Shown: positions 25,226-39,700 of the stretch, in pieces
How positions within the stretch are numbered: position 1 is the stretch's first letter
Layout of the letters: each line of letters begins with the position of its first letter
NCBI GenBank assembly: GCA_964016885.1
Contig: OZ024742.1
Coordinates: forward strand, 212,350,001 to 212,414,000
Origin: Eledone cirrhosa
Lineage: Eukaryota
Direction of reading: 5' to 3'
Length of the DNA: 64,000 nt
Made by a program: the position numbers and the translations under genes
Notes under the pieces: generated by a model
Databases searched by the model: none
The model's input: only the letters and a program-made list of their open reading frames with translations
What the model was told of the DNA's origin: nothing

Positions 25226-26395
25226 CATGTGATAGTATAACTTGAAACTTAATAGAAACACAGGCCCTCAACTGCAGCTGTGTTTTAGTCATTGATGCAG
25301 CACGTTTCAAAACATGAAAAAGAATGTACTGAATGCGCAACAAGCTTGCAATTAAGGGCACTACAACGGAATTGGCTGTCAGAAGTGAAAGTAGAAGAAT
25401 GTGACGTCATTCGTCAAACCTTCGTTTATTTCATATCACCACGTTGATGCATAGTCATAGTTATCAAATTAGAAAACAAATGAAGTTCATGGGGCCGACA
25501 CTACCGACTTTCTTTTAAAAAAAACAAAAAACAATTTAACGCGGGTAACTACAAGATAACCTTGTTTTGTAATACTGGCAGAAATTGAAGAAAATTTTCC
25601 CCATTGAGATTCTTAGCGGGTAAAAATTATTTATGGATGGTTGATACTCAGCTGTCACAAACACAGAAAGAACGGAATTAGTATATAAAGTCCTTGACGA
25701 TTGCTTGTGCTTTCGAAATATTTAAAATTCTCTATATAATTTCCTTTTTATCGCGTCCGAAGTAGTAATGCTTCGAATATTTCAATAAATATTAACGAGT
25801 TGCTCCCGTTTTCGTTCTTTCTATTTTTAATGTGGTAGAGGGTATATAATTTGCCTGCTATTTCTAGCAACTTCAATGACCACATAATTGGTTTGTAATT
25901 TTGTTTTAAAGTGTAAGGGTTTAGTCATTTATGAATTTCTAAGATACACTTATTAAAAATACTTTCATTGCATAGTTCCGTTAGTAAAGGCTTTAATTTA
26001 CTGTACTACTCGGGAACCTTTTAATAACAATAACATACAGGATTAACTCCATGTTTTTTCAACCAATTAATGGTATCTGCTGTAGTAGCGGTAGCGATGG
26101 AAATATCGCGATGATTAATTCCATTTACGCTGGGGTGTAATGTAGAATTCATATTTTTCAAGTTACAAATACATGTATTATCCCAAAGTGAAAAACCAAG
26201 TTTTGCATCAACGAATGACATCACATTCTTCTACTTTCACTTCTGACAGCCAATTCCGTTGTAGTGCCAAGCTCTATATTATGCTGACACTGAATCAATT
26301 ATATTTTGAGGCACGTGTTAAAATGTTACACTGCATAATACTGCCGTGTTGAAGACCCTGATTTCTATTAAGTTTCAAGCTACTCTATTAACCTG
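25226..26395. mobile_element. MITE-like element(s) with nested inverted repeats
   Basis: 58 bp IR 25357-25414 / 26211-26268 (1 mismatch) inside an outer degenerate IR ~25240 / ~26380. Confidence 0.7.
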
Positions 26396-26807
26396 AGCAA
26401 AGGCTTACTACAGGGATATGTAGATGAGCTCCTTACTTGACTTCCCTGATTGCATTTGTATGCGCATCTCCAGCTTTGCATGTGACATCAGTGATAGGTT
26501 TGACCAGCAACAGTGGCAAATATGCCTATCAAGAATAGGTGTATACATTGTGTGCTGAGAACTGGACATGATGCATGCATGAGCAAGGTGTTGATTGTAG
26601 ACTATGGTAGGTCGTATGTTTTCCCGTGTTAATGGGGTTGAGAAGGCATCTACATTTCACGTCTAGCAACTCACTTGGTGTTCCAATCACAACATCCATT
26701 CTTGAATACTTTATAAGTTATTGGTGCCACTGATTATCTTCACTTGAATTTTCAGTGTTCTAGTGACTACTCATTTTTATGTCCTTCCTTTTCATGCTGA
26801 CAAAGGG

Positions 26808-27528
26808 TTAACCCTATAGTGTTCAAACCGCCCAAAATTATTTCCCCTTCATTTGTTCAAACTGCCCGTAAACACCCACACTAAAAAATCGTTCTAAAAT
26901 TAAACAAACCATCATCAAAATCTCGTCAATTCGAGACTGCTGCGAGATTAGGCTTTTACCACGAAAATACTTAATATAGTGGAGTCCAATCTGTTTGGCG
27001 ACCAACATGCTGCGGAAATGCAAGCCTTTTTTACCGTAAATATTATATTCGGTATAAAACAATTTCTAAGACTGGAATTACTGGAGCACTGATATAAGGT
27101 TTAGTGATTCCTATATATCAAGTATTATGCTGAAAACCAGTATTTGCACCTGGTTGATACTTCAAATGCCCCTATTAATTTCACCTGCCCATAAAAGTCA
27201 AATTTGACCAAAAAGGTCAGGTAAAATTATATAATTGTAAATTATTGATATTTAAACATCTACTGACAAAATTTCAAGTCTGCACATAGAAAATTACAAA
27301 TAAAATTGATAACCCTCTTGAGTACGGTTAACTGAAAATAATTTTCTACTTTAGGCACAAGGCCAGCAATTGCCCAGTGCATTACTGGTACTTTATTTTG
27401 TCGACCCCCCCCCCCCCCCCCCCCCCGTAAGGATGAAAGGCAAAGTCAACCTCGGCAGGATTTAACTGAAAATAATGCGAACACATAGGCATGACGTTTG
27501 AAAATTAATGCGAATGCTAAAGGGTTAA
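26808..27528 (+). mobile_element. Non-autonomous piggyBac derivative carrying a partial SINE
   Basis: TTAACCC...GGGTTAA ends; internal remnants of transposase (NYWST, YLHLVD); inverted homolog at 30549-32583. Confidence 0.8.
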
Positions 27529-28267
27529 ATGAGACTTTACAAGGAAGTTTTTCAATGGCCTGATGACTTTCTTGACAACCCACATTCTTTTCAAACCCTA
27601 GCTACTGCATTTATTGATTGTTTATGGGACCAGTGGTTATGATTGAATTCAACATACCTATTGTTTATTATGCATATAAGGGAAGAAAATTTTATTTGAT
27701 GCATTGTACTAGAGGTTGGTTCTCAAACTTTTGGAGCCACGTATTACCCTCGGCAACCACACCCCTATTTCTAGACTTCTGCCTCCATGCATATTGTAAA
27801 TATATAAGCAGCCACTGAGAACCTTTGCATTATACCATTGCTGCTTTGAAGTTTTTAGAATGCATATTCCCTGCATGTCGTAGAAGGTAGCTAATAGTTT
27901 AACTGTAAAGCATTCTCAAACCATCCCATCCAAATCTGCCAACATGAAAAGGTGGATCATCGTTTAACATCCATCTTCCACACTAGTATGGGTTTGTCCT
28001 ATTTAGAGGCAAGTTGGGTTGGGTAACCGTGTCTCATGATTTTGAATGTGTTGGATGTATTTTCATCTCTAATACATTGCCTATTTAATTTTATACTGTC
28101 TTGTATTTATGTTGCTCTTTTTTATCCTCCCCATTTCTTTCATCAGTGTAGGTGTCGTTAAGGTGTTCAAACAAAACTAATTTGAACACTGCAAATGTTA
28201 AGGATTAATAAAAACTATTTTTTATAAATGATTATAACTGGTTTAAATTTATTTTATTTTATTTCAG

Positions 28268-28445
28268 TGTGAAGCGCTTCCCTGGATATGACGCAGAAAG
28301 TGGTGAGTTTAAAGCTGAAGTGCATAGAGACCATATTTTTGGTAAACATGTTGCAAATTATATGTCTACACTTCAAGAAGAAAATGAAGACACATATAAA
28401 AAGCAGTTCTCGCGTTATATAAAACTAGGCATAACAGCAGAGTCG
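28268..28445 (+). CDS. RPL5: RPL5 exon 5
   Basis: 178 bp; (N)[32 protein letters not shown]...[16 protein letters not shown]|gtgag. Confidence 0.97.
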
Positions 28446-29106
28446 GTGAGTATCTGGTTTTTTCTGTTTATTATACATGATCAATCATTAGTTACTTATA
28501 TGTAAAAAATTAGTTACAAGCTGGCAAAATTGTGCATAGCATTGGATGTTGTACAGTTTCAATTCAAAACCAGCATCATCTCTTTTGTTATGCTGGTACC
28601 TTTTTGGTGTTAATGATCATTGTTTGTCCATTTTTCGACATTACTATTGGTTAGATGAGTTGTCCTGTTAAGACAAGCCAGATCATATGACTGTCTTGCT
28701 CATACTGAACTGATTCTGGCTTAGTTTCTATGGCTGGATGCCTTTCCTAATGCCAGCCACATTTACTGGGTGCTTTTTGTGCCACATTAAATGCACCCTG
28801 TGGACTGTCAAGGCTCTGCCAAATAAAGGGTCAAGTGGACTTTTCAGCTGGTGCCATGATAAAATGCATTTGGTAGGACTTGCTGGTGTATGCCCCAGCC
28901 CATCTGAGAGGCAGGTAGCTCTGCTATTGACTTTGATTAAGACTCCTCTTGCTAGTGGAGAAGTCATTAAATGATGACTGATTGAAGAGTTGGAATGCAG
29001 TAGTATGCTTTTCTGTGACCAGTAAAATTGTGTTTATAAATTATACAGTAGTTTATGTAAACATTTCATACTTTTTCCTAATTTTAAATTAACTTTTTTG
29101 TTCAAG

Positions 29107-29195
29107 ATTGAAAAGCAGTATAAAAATGCCCATGCATCAATCCGTTCTAATCCAGAACCTGTACCTGCACCGAAGAAAACTATTATCAAAAAGAG
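29107..29195 (+). CDS. RPL5: RPL5 exon 6
   Basis: 89 bp; IEKQYKNAHASIRSNPEPVPAPKKTIIKK(R); phases match both neighbours. Confidence 0.93.
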
Positions 29196-29689
29196 GTATT
29201 TCTTTTTTCATTACTTAGAACTGCCTTAGTTTATAAAAGGAACAATGTCAGCTTGTTAGAACACGGGTTATACATAGGAAGCAGACAAGACTGAGTAAGG
29301 TTTACCAGTGTACTACAACAGTGTAAATATATGATGTTCCACATTCAAAGTCATATCATTGGGGAGGAGAAATAGTGTATGTAATGATGGTTCACTTATC
29401 TATCATTGACACAGAGGCATGGAAATATTTAGAGGAGGTTGGAGAGAATGCATGGGATAAAGTGTCTGTTGCAAGTTGACTTAGCAGAAGCTAGTTGATG
29501 TTGAGAGCACATTTAATATGAAAGCAGATGAACTGTAGTCAATGGTTAGTGCAGTAGTCTTATCAAACTTCTGCATGCGTAAAGATGGTCTTAATAAGCC
29601 ATTGTACCTAGCATTTAAGAAATCTTTTGACTGGTTATCTTGCTCTGTAGTGTAGCTGTAAATAATTGTATGGGGGGGGGGGGGGGGGG

Positions 29690-30273
29690 GCATGATCCGG
29701 ATATCAGCTAGGTGCAAATATTTTAAATAACTTTTCGGCATAATACCTGATATATCAGTGCTCCAGTAATTCCAATCTTGGAAAATGCTTGAATTTCCAC
29801 AGCATCTGTTGGTTTTCGAAGAAAGTTTGTGGTAAAAACAGAAATAATCCAGTGCTTTAACATTGGGATGTAATGTTTTGTGGACCAGTATTTTCAATAA
29901 AATCGGGAACATATGTTGGTGTGTTTTTCGACTGGCATCTTGGAGATCTTTGCTTTCACTATCAAAACAACAATCAATGGATGAAAATTCAGAAATATAT
30001 ACGTCTGATGCATGGCAAATCACTGATATTTTCTTTTATTTCTTCATTTTGACTGTCACCACGTAAAACCTTCGAAGTCGGTATCACTACTTTCTCAAGC
30101 CATGGTATATCTGTTATGCTTCCAATGTTGTAAAAAAAAAAAAAAAAATTCAAGTTTCACTTTTTTGCGGTAAAGGCCTTATCTCATAGTAATCTTGAAT
30201 CGAGATTTTGATATTTATTTTTAGAATATCTTAGTGTTGATATCTTTGGTCTGTTTGCTCACTAAAGGGTTAA
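29690..30273 (-). mobile_element. piggyBac 5' fragment
   Basis: actaaagggttaa terminus; ORF 29481..30023 contains KALDYF, NYWSTD, YLHLAD. Confidence 0.7.
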
Positions 30274-30548
30274 TCTATATTGGAAATATTGTCTCAAAAC
30301 TTAACCCTGGTTGTATGTAAAGCTTTTGCTTTTCTTTTTTTCATCAGTTTAAAGTGGGTTGTTGGTATTTCATGTTTTTCTAAATGCTCAATTATTTATT
30401 TCCACCTTTTTCTATTAATGTAAATAAAAACGGTGGAGAAACTCAACTACATGGCAGTTAATCTCTGACCTTATCAGGTGCACTTAAAATAGATAAAAAG
30501 TTGAGGGTGATTGAATGGGTTGAAATTCAGTTTTCATTGGTCTATTAT

Positions 30549-32583
30549 TAACCCTTTAGCATTCGCATTAATTTTCAAACGTCATGCTTATCTGTTCGCA
30601 TTATTATTATTATTATTACGGGGTCGATAAAATAAAGTACCAGTAATGCACTGGATAATTGCTGGCCTTGTGCCTAAAGTAGGAACAATTATTTTGAGTT
30701 AATCATACTCAAGAGGGTTATCAATTTTATTTGTTTGTAATTTTCTATGTGCATGCTTGAAATTTTGTCAGATGTTTAACCCTTTAGCATTCAAACCGAC
30801 AAGATTGTCCCCTTTCATTTATTCAAACCAACATTTAATAACACACGGAGATCTAAAAATAAACATTGACATCATCGAAATCTCGTCAATTCGAGATTAC
30901 TGCGAGATAAAGCCCTTACGCACGAAAATTAACTCTTAGTATAGTTAAAGAACTTGCGAAAACACGTGTTTTTAACGTTGAAAGTGTAACATGGCTTCCG
31001 AAAGTAGCGACAACGAATTTGAAGGTTTTACGTCCGACAACATTCGAGATCAAAAAGAAACAAGATAATATCAGTGATTTATCTTCAAACAAATCAGATA
31101 TATTTATTTCTGATATATCTGATAGTCAAATCTTCTTTCACTTTCAAAGTGACTGACACCATTGAAAAAACACCAACGTGGTTGAAAGAAACATCGATAT
31201 ATGTTTTGGATTTTACTGAAAATATTGGACCACAACACGCATTACCACCCGATGCTAAAGCACTGGATTATTATTTTTTATTTTTACCACAAACTTTCTT
31301 CGAAGTTGTGGCAAATCGCTATGCACAACAAATTTCTAATATCGGAAAACCCGATCTGTTGTGGCGTCCGACAGATTCTGCCGAAATGAAAGCGTTTTTT
31401 ACCATAAATATTATGTTTGGTATTAAACAATTTCCACGATTGCGGAATTATTGGAGTACTGATGGTGACCCTTATATATCGAGTATTTTGGCAAAAACGA
31501 GATTCATCAAATTAAACCAGTATTTGCACCTGGTTGATACTTCAAATGCCCCTGGTAGAAATGAATCAAATTACAACCCACTGTACACGACTATTAATTG
31601 AAATGTCAGAAAAATTTAAGTGTGTATAAACTTATATATTGGGAACTTTCTGTTATGTAATTTTACAGAGTACATTGCCAATATTATTTTGACTGAAAAG
31701 GTTTTATACATTTTTTTTCAATGAAAATATTTGCCTGGAATGTAGAGAAAGACTAAAACCTTGTACTGATTACACCTGCATTTTTAATTAAGTTTGACTT
31801 TTATGGGCACATGAAATTAATTAATAGGGGCATTTGAAGTATCAACCAGGTGCAAATACTGGTTTAATTTTAAATGTTGTTTTCGGCATAATACTTGATA
31901 TATAAGAATCACTAAACCTTATATCAGTGTTCCTTTAATTCCAGTCTTGGAAATTGTTTTATACCGAACATATTTACGGTAAAAAATGCTTGCATTTCTG
32001 CAGCATCTGTCGGTTGCCAAACAGATGGGGTTTTCCTTGATTTGAAATCTGTTGTTGGGCATATCGATTAATCTCTTCTGCCACAACTTTGAAGAAAGTT
32101 TGTGGTAAAAAGAAATAATCCAGTGCTTTAACATCGGCAGCTAATGTGTTGTGGACTAGTATTTTGAATAAAATCGGGAACGTATATTAGTGTGGTATTT
32201 TTCAATGGCACCCTGGAGTCTGTTTTCACTTTCAAAACAAGTCATAGTTGGACAAAATTTCAGAAATATAAACATCAGATTCATTTGAAGATAAATCACT
32301 AATATTATCGTTTGCTTCTTGTTTATTCTGAATGTCGTCGTGTGTAAAACCTTCAGTCGGTATCGCTACTTTCATAAGCCAAAAAAAAAATGTTACACTT
32401 TCAAAGTAAAATAAAAACACTTGTTGTTTTAAGTTGTTCCACTATATTAAGTGTTAATTTTTTTCGCGGTAAGAGTCTAATCTCGAATTGACGAGATTTT
32501 GATGATGGTTTGTTTATTTTTAGAATTTTTTTTTTTTTTTTTAGTGTAGGCGATTTCGGGTGGTTTGAACACTAAAGGGTTAA
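30549..32583 (-). mobile_element. piggyBac derivative with a second piggyBac (30776-~31790, + strand) nested at an internal TTAA
   Basis: TTAACCC termini at 30549, 30776 and 32583; ORF 31074..31601 is a PGBD4/DDE_Tnp_1_7-type N-terminal region (ALDYYFLF, EMKAFF, NYWSTD, RFIKLNQYLHL). Confidence 0.8.
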
Positions 32584-32608
32584 ATGTATTTCAATTATTC
32601 TTTTGCAG

Positions 32609-32705
32609 ACACAATCCCAAGAAGCTCACTCTGCAACAACGTAAGACACGTATCCAGAAGGAGAAAAAGGAGTTTTTGAAAAGTCTTAAGAAAGATGATG
32701 ATTAA
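32609..32705 (+). CDS. RPL5: RPL5 exon 7 (last coding exon)
   Basis: ttttgcag|A CAC AAT CCC...HNPKKLTLQQRKTRIQKEKKEFLKSLKKDDD*; spliced CDS totals 891 nt = 296 aa. Confidence 0.93.
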
Positions 32706-32728
32706 GCCTGTTGTTGCCTCATGACAGA

Positions 32729-32734
32729 AATAAA
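32729..32734 (+). promoter_or_regulatory. RPL5 polyadenylation signal AATAAA
   Basis: AATAAA 23 nt after the stop codon, followed by T-rich sequence. Confidence 0.75.
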
Positions 32735-34979
32735 ATATTAACAGCCAAAATTTGTATTTTACTAGCAAGTCATTGCTTATATTTATATTTTTCCTCTACA
32801 ACTGAACATCAGATGTGATGGTGTCTATAGGTGGGTGTTCTAGTCAAAATCTGCTGTAGCTAGATACAAGTGAAATGTATATTTAGCAGGATCACCTACG
32901 TAAACATTAAAACTTGTTTAAAATTCCAGCATTACAAACATATGTGTAATGTCTTCTTGAAACTGAAATATGAAATGAAAATTTTAGTGAAGTAACTTAA
33001 ACCATACATAAAACAAAATGAAATGTTGATATACACTTGGCTTGCTATAAAAGATGGGTGTCTGGATGAGAGTTGTTGGCTTTGAGCAAAGTTGTTCAAA
33101 ATGGATAATAAAAGAAACATTTCTATTAAAATTGGAATTTTTAAGACTTGCCATTTAGATCGATCCAGTTGTTAAATATATTAATGTACTTACTTTAGGA
33201 TCATTGTATATCACTATTTAACCCTTTAGCAGTCTATTTACTATAAAAGTTTCATTTTACAATGTTATCGTCAGTATGAGTGGCTGGTTACAGCAGGTTT
33301 GATCAGAAAGGTAAGTTCTGGGCGGTTTAAATTCTAAAGGGTTGACATCTACATTACATACTTGGGTTGTTTGGTTTTGAAGCTAACCAGATCAACTGAC
33401 CACGTCTTGCGAATATGGATCTGTTTTTGGCTTACAAAATGGTCCTGTTTTATTGTATCACAGAAATAAGGGGAGTTGGAATCAAAAGGCTTCCTGTTTC
33501 ATTAGTATATTTAGTTCAGGACAAATGTACTTGATTGTATCGGTCAATGAATGGTTAGTCTTGTTTTCATGTCGTGTATAACATTTGAGATTTTTGTTCG
33601 AATAATGGTATTGCTTATGTTTAACCCTTTAGCACTCACATTATATATACTATTGTATTTTCGTGGTAAAGGCTTTACCTCATATCAAATCTGAGATTTT
33701 GAGAACAATACCTTAATGTCAGTATGAGTGACCGGTTTGAACAGGTGAGAGAATTCTGTCCAGTTTAAATGCTAATGGGTTAAGGGAAGAAAAGAAACTG
33801 TCCTGCCTTAAGTAGTCGATGAAAATTTTCTAGTTCTGTACAGCCCTATAAATTGAAACTCGGTGACATGTAGATGTTTTATCAATAACTGCAAGTGATT
33901 ACTATGGTATGAAAAGCACTGGCTCCAAGGAAGATTTGGTAGTGTATCTTCATATCAATCTGTCAGGACCCATATAACTTCAAACTACGCATAGGAATTT
34001 GTACTACAAAGTAAATAGTTTGCAAATTGCTTTTTACCATGTTTCACCTAGGTGGACAGGCATAATGAAGTAGATTTAATCAAAAGATATAGCTGTAACT
34101 AGGGTAGTTGGATTATTTCTAGAATATCAAGCAACCTTGTGAAGTCCTCATTTGGTACTTAATTCACTTGACCATCCACACACTTTCATTGCTGAATTGT
34201 TCTCGTTACTGGGTGTGATCCAAGAATATTAGAATTTGTAACGTCTTTAAATTTGTGTAACAAACACTCGGTTATGAATTGCATAAACAATTTTGATTTC
34301 TCCTTTATCCCAATATATTTCAGTCCTAATCCACACTCAAGGTCTGCACACTGGAGTACAGCCAACAGCTATAGAATTGTATTGCTTATACATATCACCG
34401 TTTAACTTTTTTTTTTTTTTTTCTTCCCCTCACGGTAGTATGGGTTAAACGACTTTCGTGGTATGAGGCAAAGTGACTATCTAGTTCATACAGAACTTTC
34501 TATGGCTGGGTGCTTTGTGGTGACACCTACATGACCATATTACAGTATGGACTGGTTTTATAAATATAGAGGGCCAGGCATTCATTTACTGAGGATCTTG
34601 GTTATATATATATATATATATATACCCCAACCCACTACTCCTGCTCCCACCACCCTTTCTCTATAAAGTTATGTTGGTACCACAACAACCAGTCTAAACT
34701 AATGAGATCATGTAGGTGTCACGAAAAAAAAACAAAAACTCCATGCTGTAGATGTGGTTGGTGTTAGGAGGGCATCCAGCTGTAGAAAACCTGCCAAATA
34801 GTCCTATACGAGCGAGACGGTCACTAGACCAATCTTGCCTCAAGTAGGACAACTCCCATGCTAGCGTGGAAGATGGACATTAAATGATACAAAAAAGTGT
34901 AAAAGTGTTCTAATCTTACAGAGGAGGAATGGGAGTAAATAATAGATTACGTAATTGTTCTGATAAAACAAGACACCTT

Positions 34980-35540
34980 TCATAACTGCCTTAGTACTCT
35001 ATTGATGGTTTGGCTTTTTTGAAGATAGTCAATAAACAATGCCTTTTGCATCCCCCTAAAAAAAAAACAGGCTATCACCTTCCCTGTGTAAGTAACCACC
35101 TTGGTCTTCTTTGGAGCAGGTGGGGAAGGGTGTTTCCACTGCATGGATTGTTTCTGGCACAGATGAACCCAAAACAACCTGGTTTAGGAAACGTTCAAAG
35201 AAACCAGTTGGATTTGCCTCAACAATTTCAGATTTTTTAGGTGGCAGAATATGCCCAACTCGCTCACGGGATATGCTAATAGCATTGGCTATTTGATTTA
35301 TAGTCAATGGTTTCCTCGGTGGTGGTGGTTGCAGGATGTCCAAACCTTGGGTCATATCCAGGACTCTCTCTCCCTCCTAAATTCAGTGGCCCTCTTTTAC
35401 AACGTTGATAAAGCTGACGCATCATCCCCTAATGTAGCATGAATGTCCTGGTGGGGGTTAAACCTGCAGGTACTTCGTAACATCACAAATTTTGTTCATT
35501 TACAAGAGAAGTCGCTACTAGTTTTTGTCTTTGAACAGTT
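34980..35540 (-). mobile_element. mariner transposase relic
   Basis: QSMQWKHPSPPAPKK...GKVIACFF, FIDYLQKSQTIN and HTH remnants, frameshifted. Confidence 0.8.
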
Positions 35541-35589
35541 GGCTCTAGCATCAGCCCACTCTAGTATATAATTACTACAGCAAGGTTAG

Positions 35590-36600
35590 AATTAATGAAT
35601 AGTGAATAATTTAGCGTGCAAGTAAGAGAGCACCAGGGCTCCGTTCTTAGCCCTCTCTTGTTTATTACTGCCCTGCTGGCTATAACAAGAGTTTAAGATT
35701 GGCTGCCCGTGGGAATTTCTGTACGCAGATCTAACCCTTACAGCTGAATCTATGGCAGAATTGGAGAAGAAATTCCAAATCTGGAAGCAAGGCCTAGAAT
35801 CTAAGTCGACAAGTTGACAAAGACTAAAGTCCCATTATGTAGAAAGGAAAACAGGGTTCCAATTCACTCAGGGAAACGGCCTTGTTCAGTGTGCAGGAAT
35901 TCATCCTATGCAAACTATATGTACACAAGAAATGTAATGGGATTTCAGGTAAGCAACAAAGAACATGTGGTCGTTGCACAGGTGCAGTAAGTAGCAAGAG
36001 CCCACAGGATTCTAGCTCCTTAAAATACTCGGAGGATTCATTAGTAGTTGATGGCTTCTGTTAACTGGGCGACAAATTAGCAGTGGATGTGGATGTTCCG
36101 AAAGTACTGTAGCCAGAGGAAGAATAGGATGGAGAAAGTTCAGGGAGTTACTACCGCTGCTAACTACAAAAGTCTTCCCTCAAAATGAAGGGTGGATTGT
36201 GTGATGCATGTATGCAAACAGTAATGTTGCATAGTTGAGACCTGGCTGCTGTGTGCAGAAGACCGAAGATTGGAAAGAAATGACGGCATGCTTCGAAGAG
36301 GATGTGTAATAACATGAATGGCAAAACAAATAAACTGAGAAACCGGGCATAAGAGGGATCAGATGCAGTGTGCAAGAGAGAACATGTAAGTACCGCCAAG
36401 GACGACAGCTGTATAATTTGGTGAAATTATGCAATAGGATGAGTTGATAAAAGCTGACCCTGTATATCTAGATCGAGATCCTTGGCATTATGCAGAAGAC
36501 CCGCTTTCCCATATATATCTTGTGCACACTTACTATGACCTAACATCCCACACTGTTAAGTGTTCGTGCAGGTGTCAAGAAAAAGCACCCAGTAGTTGAA
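35590..36600 (+). mobile_element. Old, diverged RTE LINE fragment
   Basis: Homologous to 40915-42050 (HQGSVLSPLLF, GCPWEFLYAD). Confidence 0.8.
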
Positions 36601-36790
36601 AGTCCGACCCCACAGGGCCAGAATTAATTAATGCCAAGTGTATATTAATTATGTTGATTGTTTGATTTTATATTGCAAATTAATGGTGGAGTTTGTTGGT
36701 GCGAATTCTACTTGTTTAAATTCAACCAACCACTCAGACCATTCTTTCTACGACTCTGCAACGTGATAACACGATAGTGAATTACTAGAA

Positions 36791-39700
36791 CTAGCAGAAG
36801 ATACGCCGTTCGGGTGGTTTTCTACTGCTTTTTATAGCGTGCATATTGATATACGCAAATAGATTTGATACAAAGACTTACATTTACTTCTGTAATCAGT
36901 AAAGTAATCCATGATACATTTAAAAAAAAAAGGGCGATAATTAAGATGGAAAAGCGATGAAGCTTCAAGCAGTGAATTTATAAATAGATGCTGCTGGTAT
37001 GAATGAATAAATTACATTTACCAATATGAAGAGTTGACGTTCGCTATATTGTTGTTTTACTGTATTTACATATAGACTTCTTGAGTTTTTGTAGTGTCCC
37101 TTTTCTAGCAATTAAAAAGAAACTGAAATGCATTTCAACTAAAAGAGAGTGATAGCTGTTTCACATCACTAGAATTTGTTTGTAGACACAGTTGTCAGCA
37201 AACAGACTCCTTTCATTTAATATTTTTATATTTTCTTTTTTTGTAACTATCTTTTCAAATGTCTACCCTTGTGCCTTGTTGCATGTAAGGGCAAAGGCTG
37301 GTTTGACAAGAAATTGCTTGCGAGTAAAGGCGAAAGGGAACTCGAGCTCTTGCAATACATGTGGTATCCTTGGGATTAGCAACCTTGTTCCACCATTGGA
37401 ACCCAATGCCACTTCAGCTTCAATTACATGATGTAGCATGTACCATTGCAATGCCTGTTTAGAGGATCCAGATTTCTGAGAAGCATGATCAACTTCCTTT
37501 CTTCAGTTTAAGTATGTGTGTTGAGAAGCCTGATGGGGTAAGTTTGTTGACTTTGCCTTTCATCCTTACGGAGGCGATAAAATAAAGTACCAGTAATGCA
37601 CTGGGTAATTGCTGGCCTTGTGCTTAAAGTAGAAACAATTATCTACTGTATCAGAGCTTCTGTAGATTATGACCAGGGAACTTGTTGACCATGAACTCAT
37701 TCACCAATCTTGCATCATTTGTTGGAGTGATAATGGCTCTATTTGCAAGCCATAGTGGGTTTGTGTAGTTTCCTGGAAAATTTGTATACACAAAATCACA
37801 CAGTCCAGGCAGAGTTCATTTGGCAGAAGAATTCTGAATGCACCTACAGTTGGAATGTTACAATTTCACACATCAAGACGGTAGCTTGCAAACTGTCTTT
37901 CATCAGAATCCTCTGCATTAATTAACTGTTGATTGGTTGTCATCTCCATGGTTTCCACATAGTCCCAGAGATAGGATCTCTTGGTGGTTGCCTCAACTAT
38001 TTGTGGTCTAACACCATGACGTACAACTGGAAGAATTTGCTTCCAGTCACCAGATAGTAATACTGTTAGACCACCAAATGCCTTTTGCAATCTCAAAGCT
38101 TCTGTCAAGGCATTCAAAAATATGCTTATGTCCCATACCTATCTCAGCTTGCTGCATAAGTTTTCCTGTGGTATCCCTCTTTGTGAAGAAGCAAGTTGAT
38201 TCAGCAGTCACATGGAGAGGAATCTTGCACTTGGAATGAAGAGTTCTACCTTTGTGAAGCAAAGTGGCTGCTATTCCAGATATGGCAGTGGCAAAGGTCT
38301 TTCCTGTGCCTGCTCTTGTATTCAAGCAGAAAATTCTGCATTCATTTTCATTTACAGAGGTGATTACTTTGTGAAAAATAACCAGTTACTCAGGATTCAA
38401 TGTTGGCAGAAGTTCATTTATGTTTGCTTGCAGTTGGTGTGTACTGAAATCAGTTTCTGCCATATGAACCCTGTTGATTTCTGGTATGGCAACAATAGTT
38501 GGGTCTGGCCGAGGAAGTCCATAGTTGGCATGAATGTCCAAGCCATCATGATGAAGTCTTTGTTGGATCTTCTGTAGAACAATCTGCACAGTTTGCATGG
38601 ACATGACTTGCTCACGACGTTCATGCATGATATCCTCTGCAAGGCAATTCTTCCATTTCTCCCAGAAGTACAGAGGGTCATTTGGCATGCAGTACAATAA
38701 AATGGTGCAGAAGATCTCTCGCAGCTGAGGACCAAGCGTAATGGATGAGGCCTTTTCCATAGCTTTGTCTTTTTTTCCATCTTCACAGACCAAGTTTCCT
38801 GCATGCTTCTTGGAATGTTGGAAATTCAACTCCTTCAATTGTCCTCAAATCTTTGTGAAGTTGACCCAGCCTTGTGATATAGGATCATCCTGAGGTAATA
38901 TAATTCAGATTGATGTCTACTGAGAGATACTGTTGGAATGCGTCCAAGAAATTCACTCCTAAATTGTCGATCACCATCCAGATGTCCCTTTTTTCTTCTT
39001 TGCAACTTTTTGTTTGTCCAAGTGAAATATTTAGGAATATTAATATACAATATATTTTGTGCCAGTGGGTCTCTAATATTCAGTTGAAAATATTCCGGCA
39101 ACTTACTCATTGGCTGTCCCCTAGAAACAACACTTTCTTCCTGCCCTCACTCATACACGACCATTTGTTCCCCAGGTAAATGGCAAGGCAACTTTTCAAC
39201 TAGTGGTTTTCAATGATGTAATGGAAATTTATAGATTCTCCAGAATGCTTCACTGGCTGACATGTATCATGCATTAATATAGGTCTCAATCTCATTTTGA
39301 GCATGGACACAATATCCTTGATCATCCTTAATAGTGAAAGTGATCTTGTCTGATCCTTTTGTGATGTACTTATATAAGTACTTAATAGCCTTGACACTGT
39401 GGACAACCTCACAATTTCAATGAGAGGAAAGGGTTGTATGGAACACAACATTTTAACGGACACGTAGGTAAACACTGCAACGGCTTCAATAGAGTACATG
39501 GAGGCCATGGGGTTGGCACAAGAAATGAGGAAGGATTCAGACTTCTAGAATTCTGCGACGCCAATGACATGTCGATATGTAACACAAACTTTAAAAAACC
39601 CGACAACCACCTGATCACCTATAGATCAGGGGAGCACTCCAGTCAGATAGATTTTATCCTCATCAGAGGACGTGACAGATGGACGGTCGTAAACACAAAA

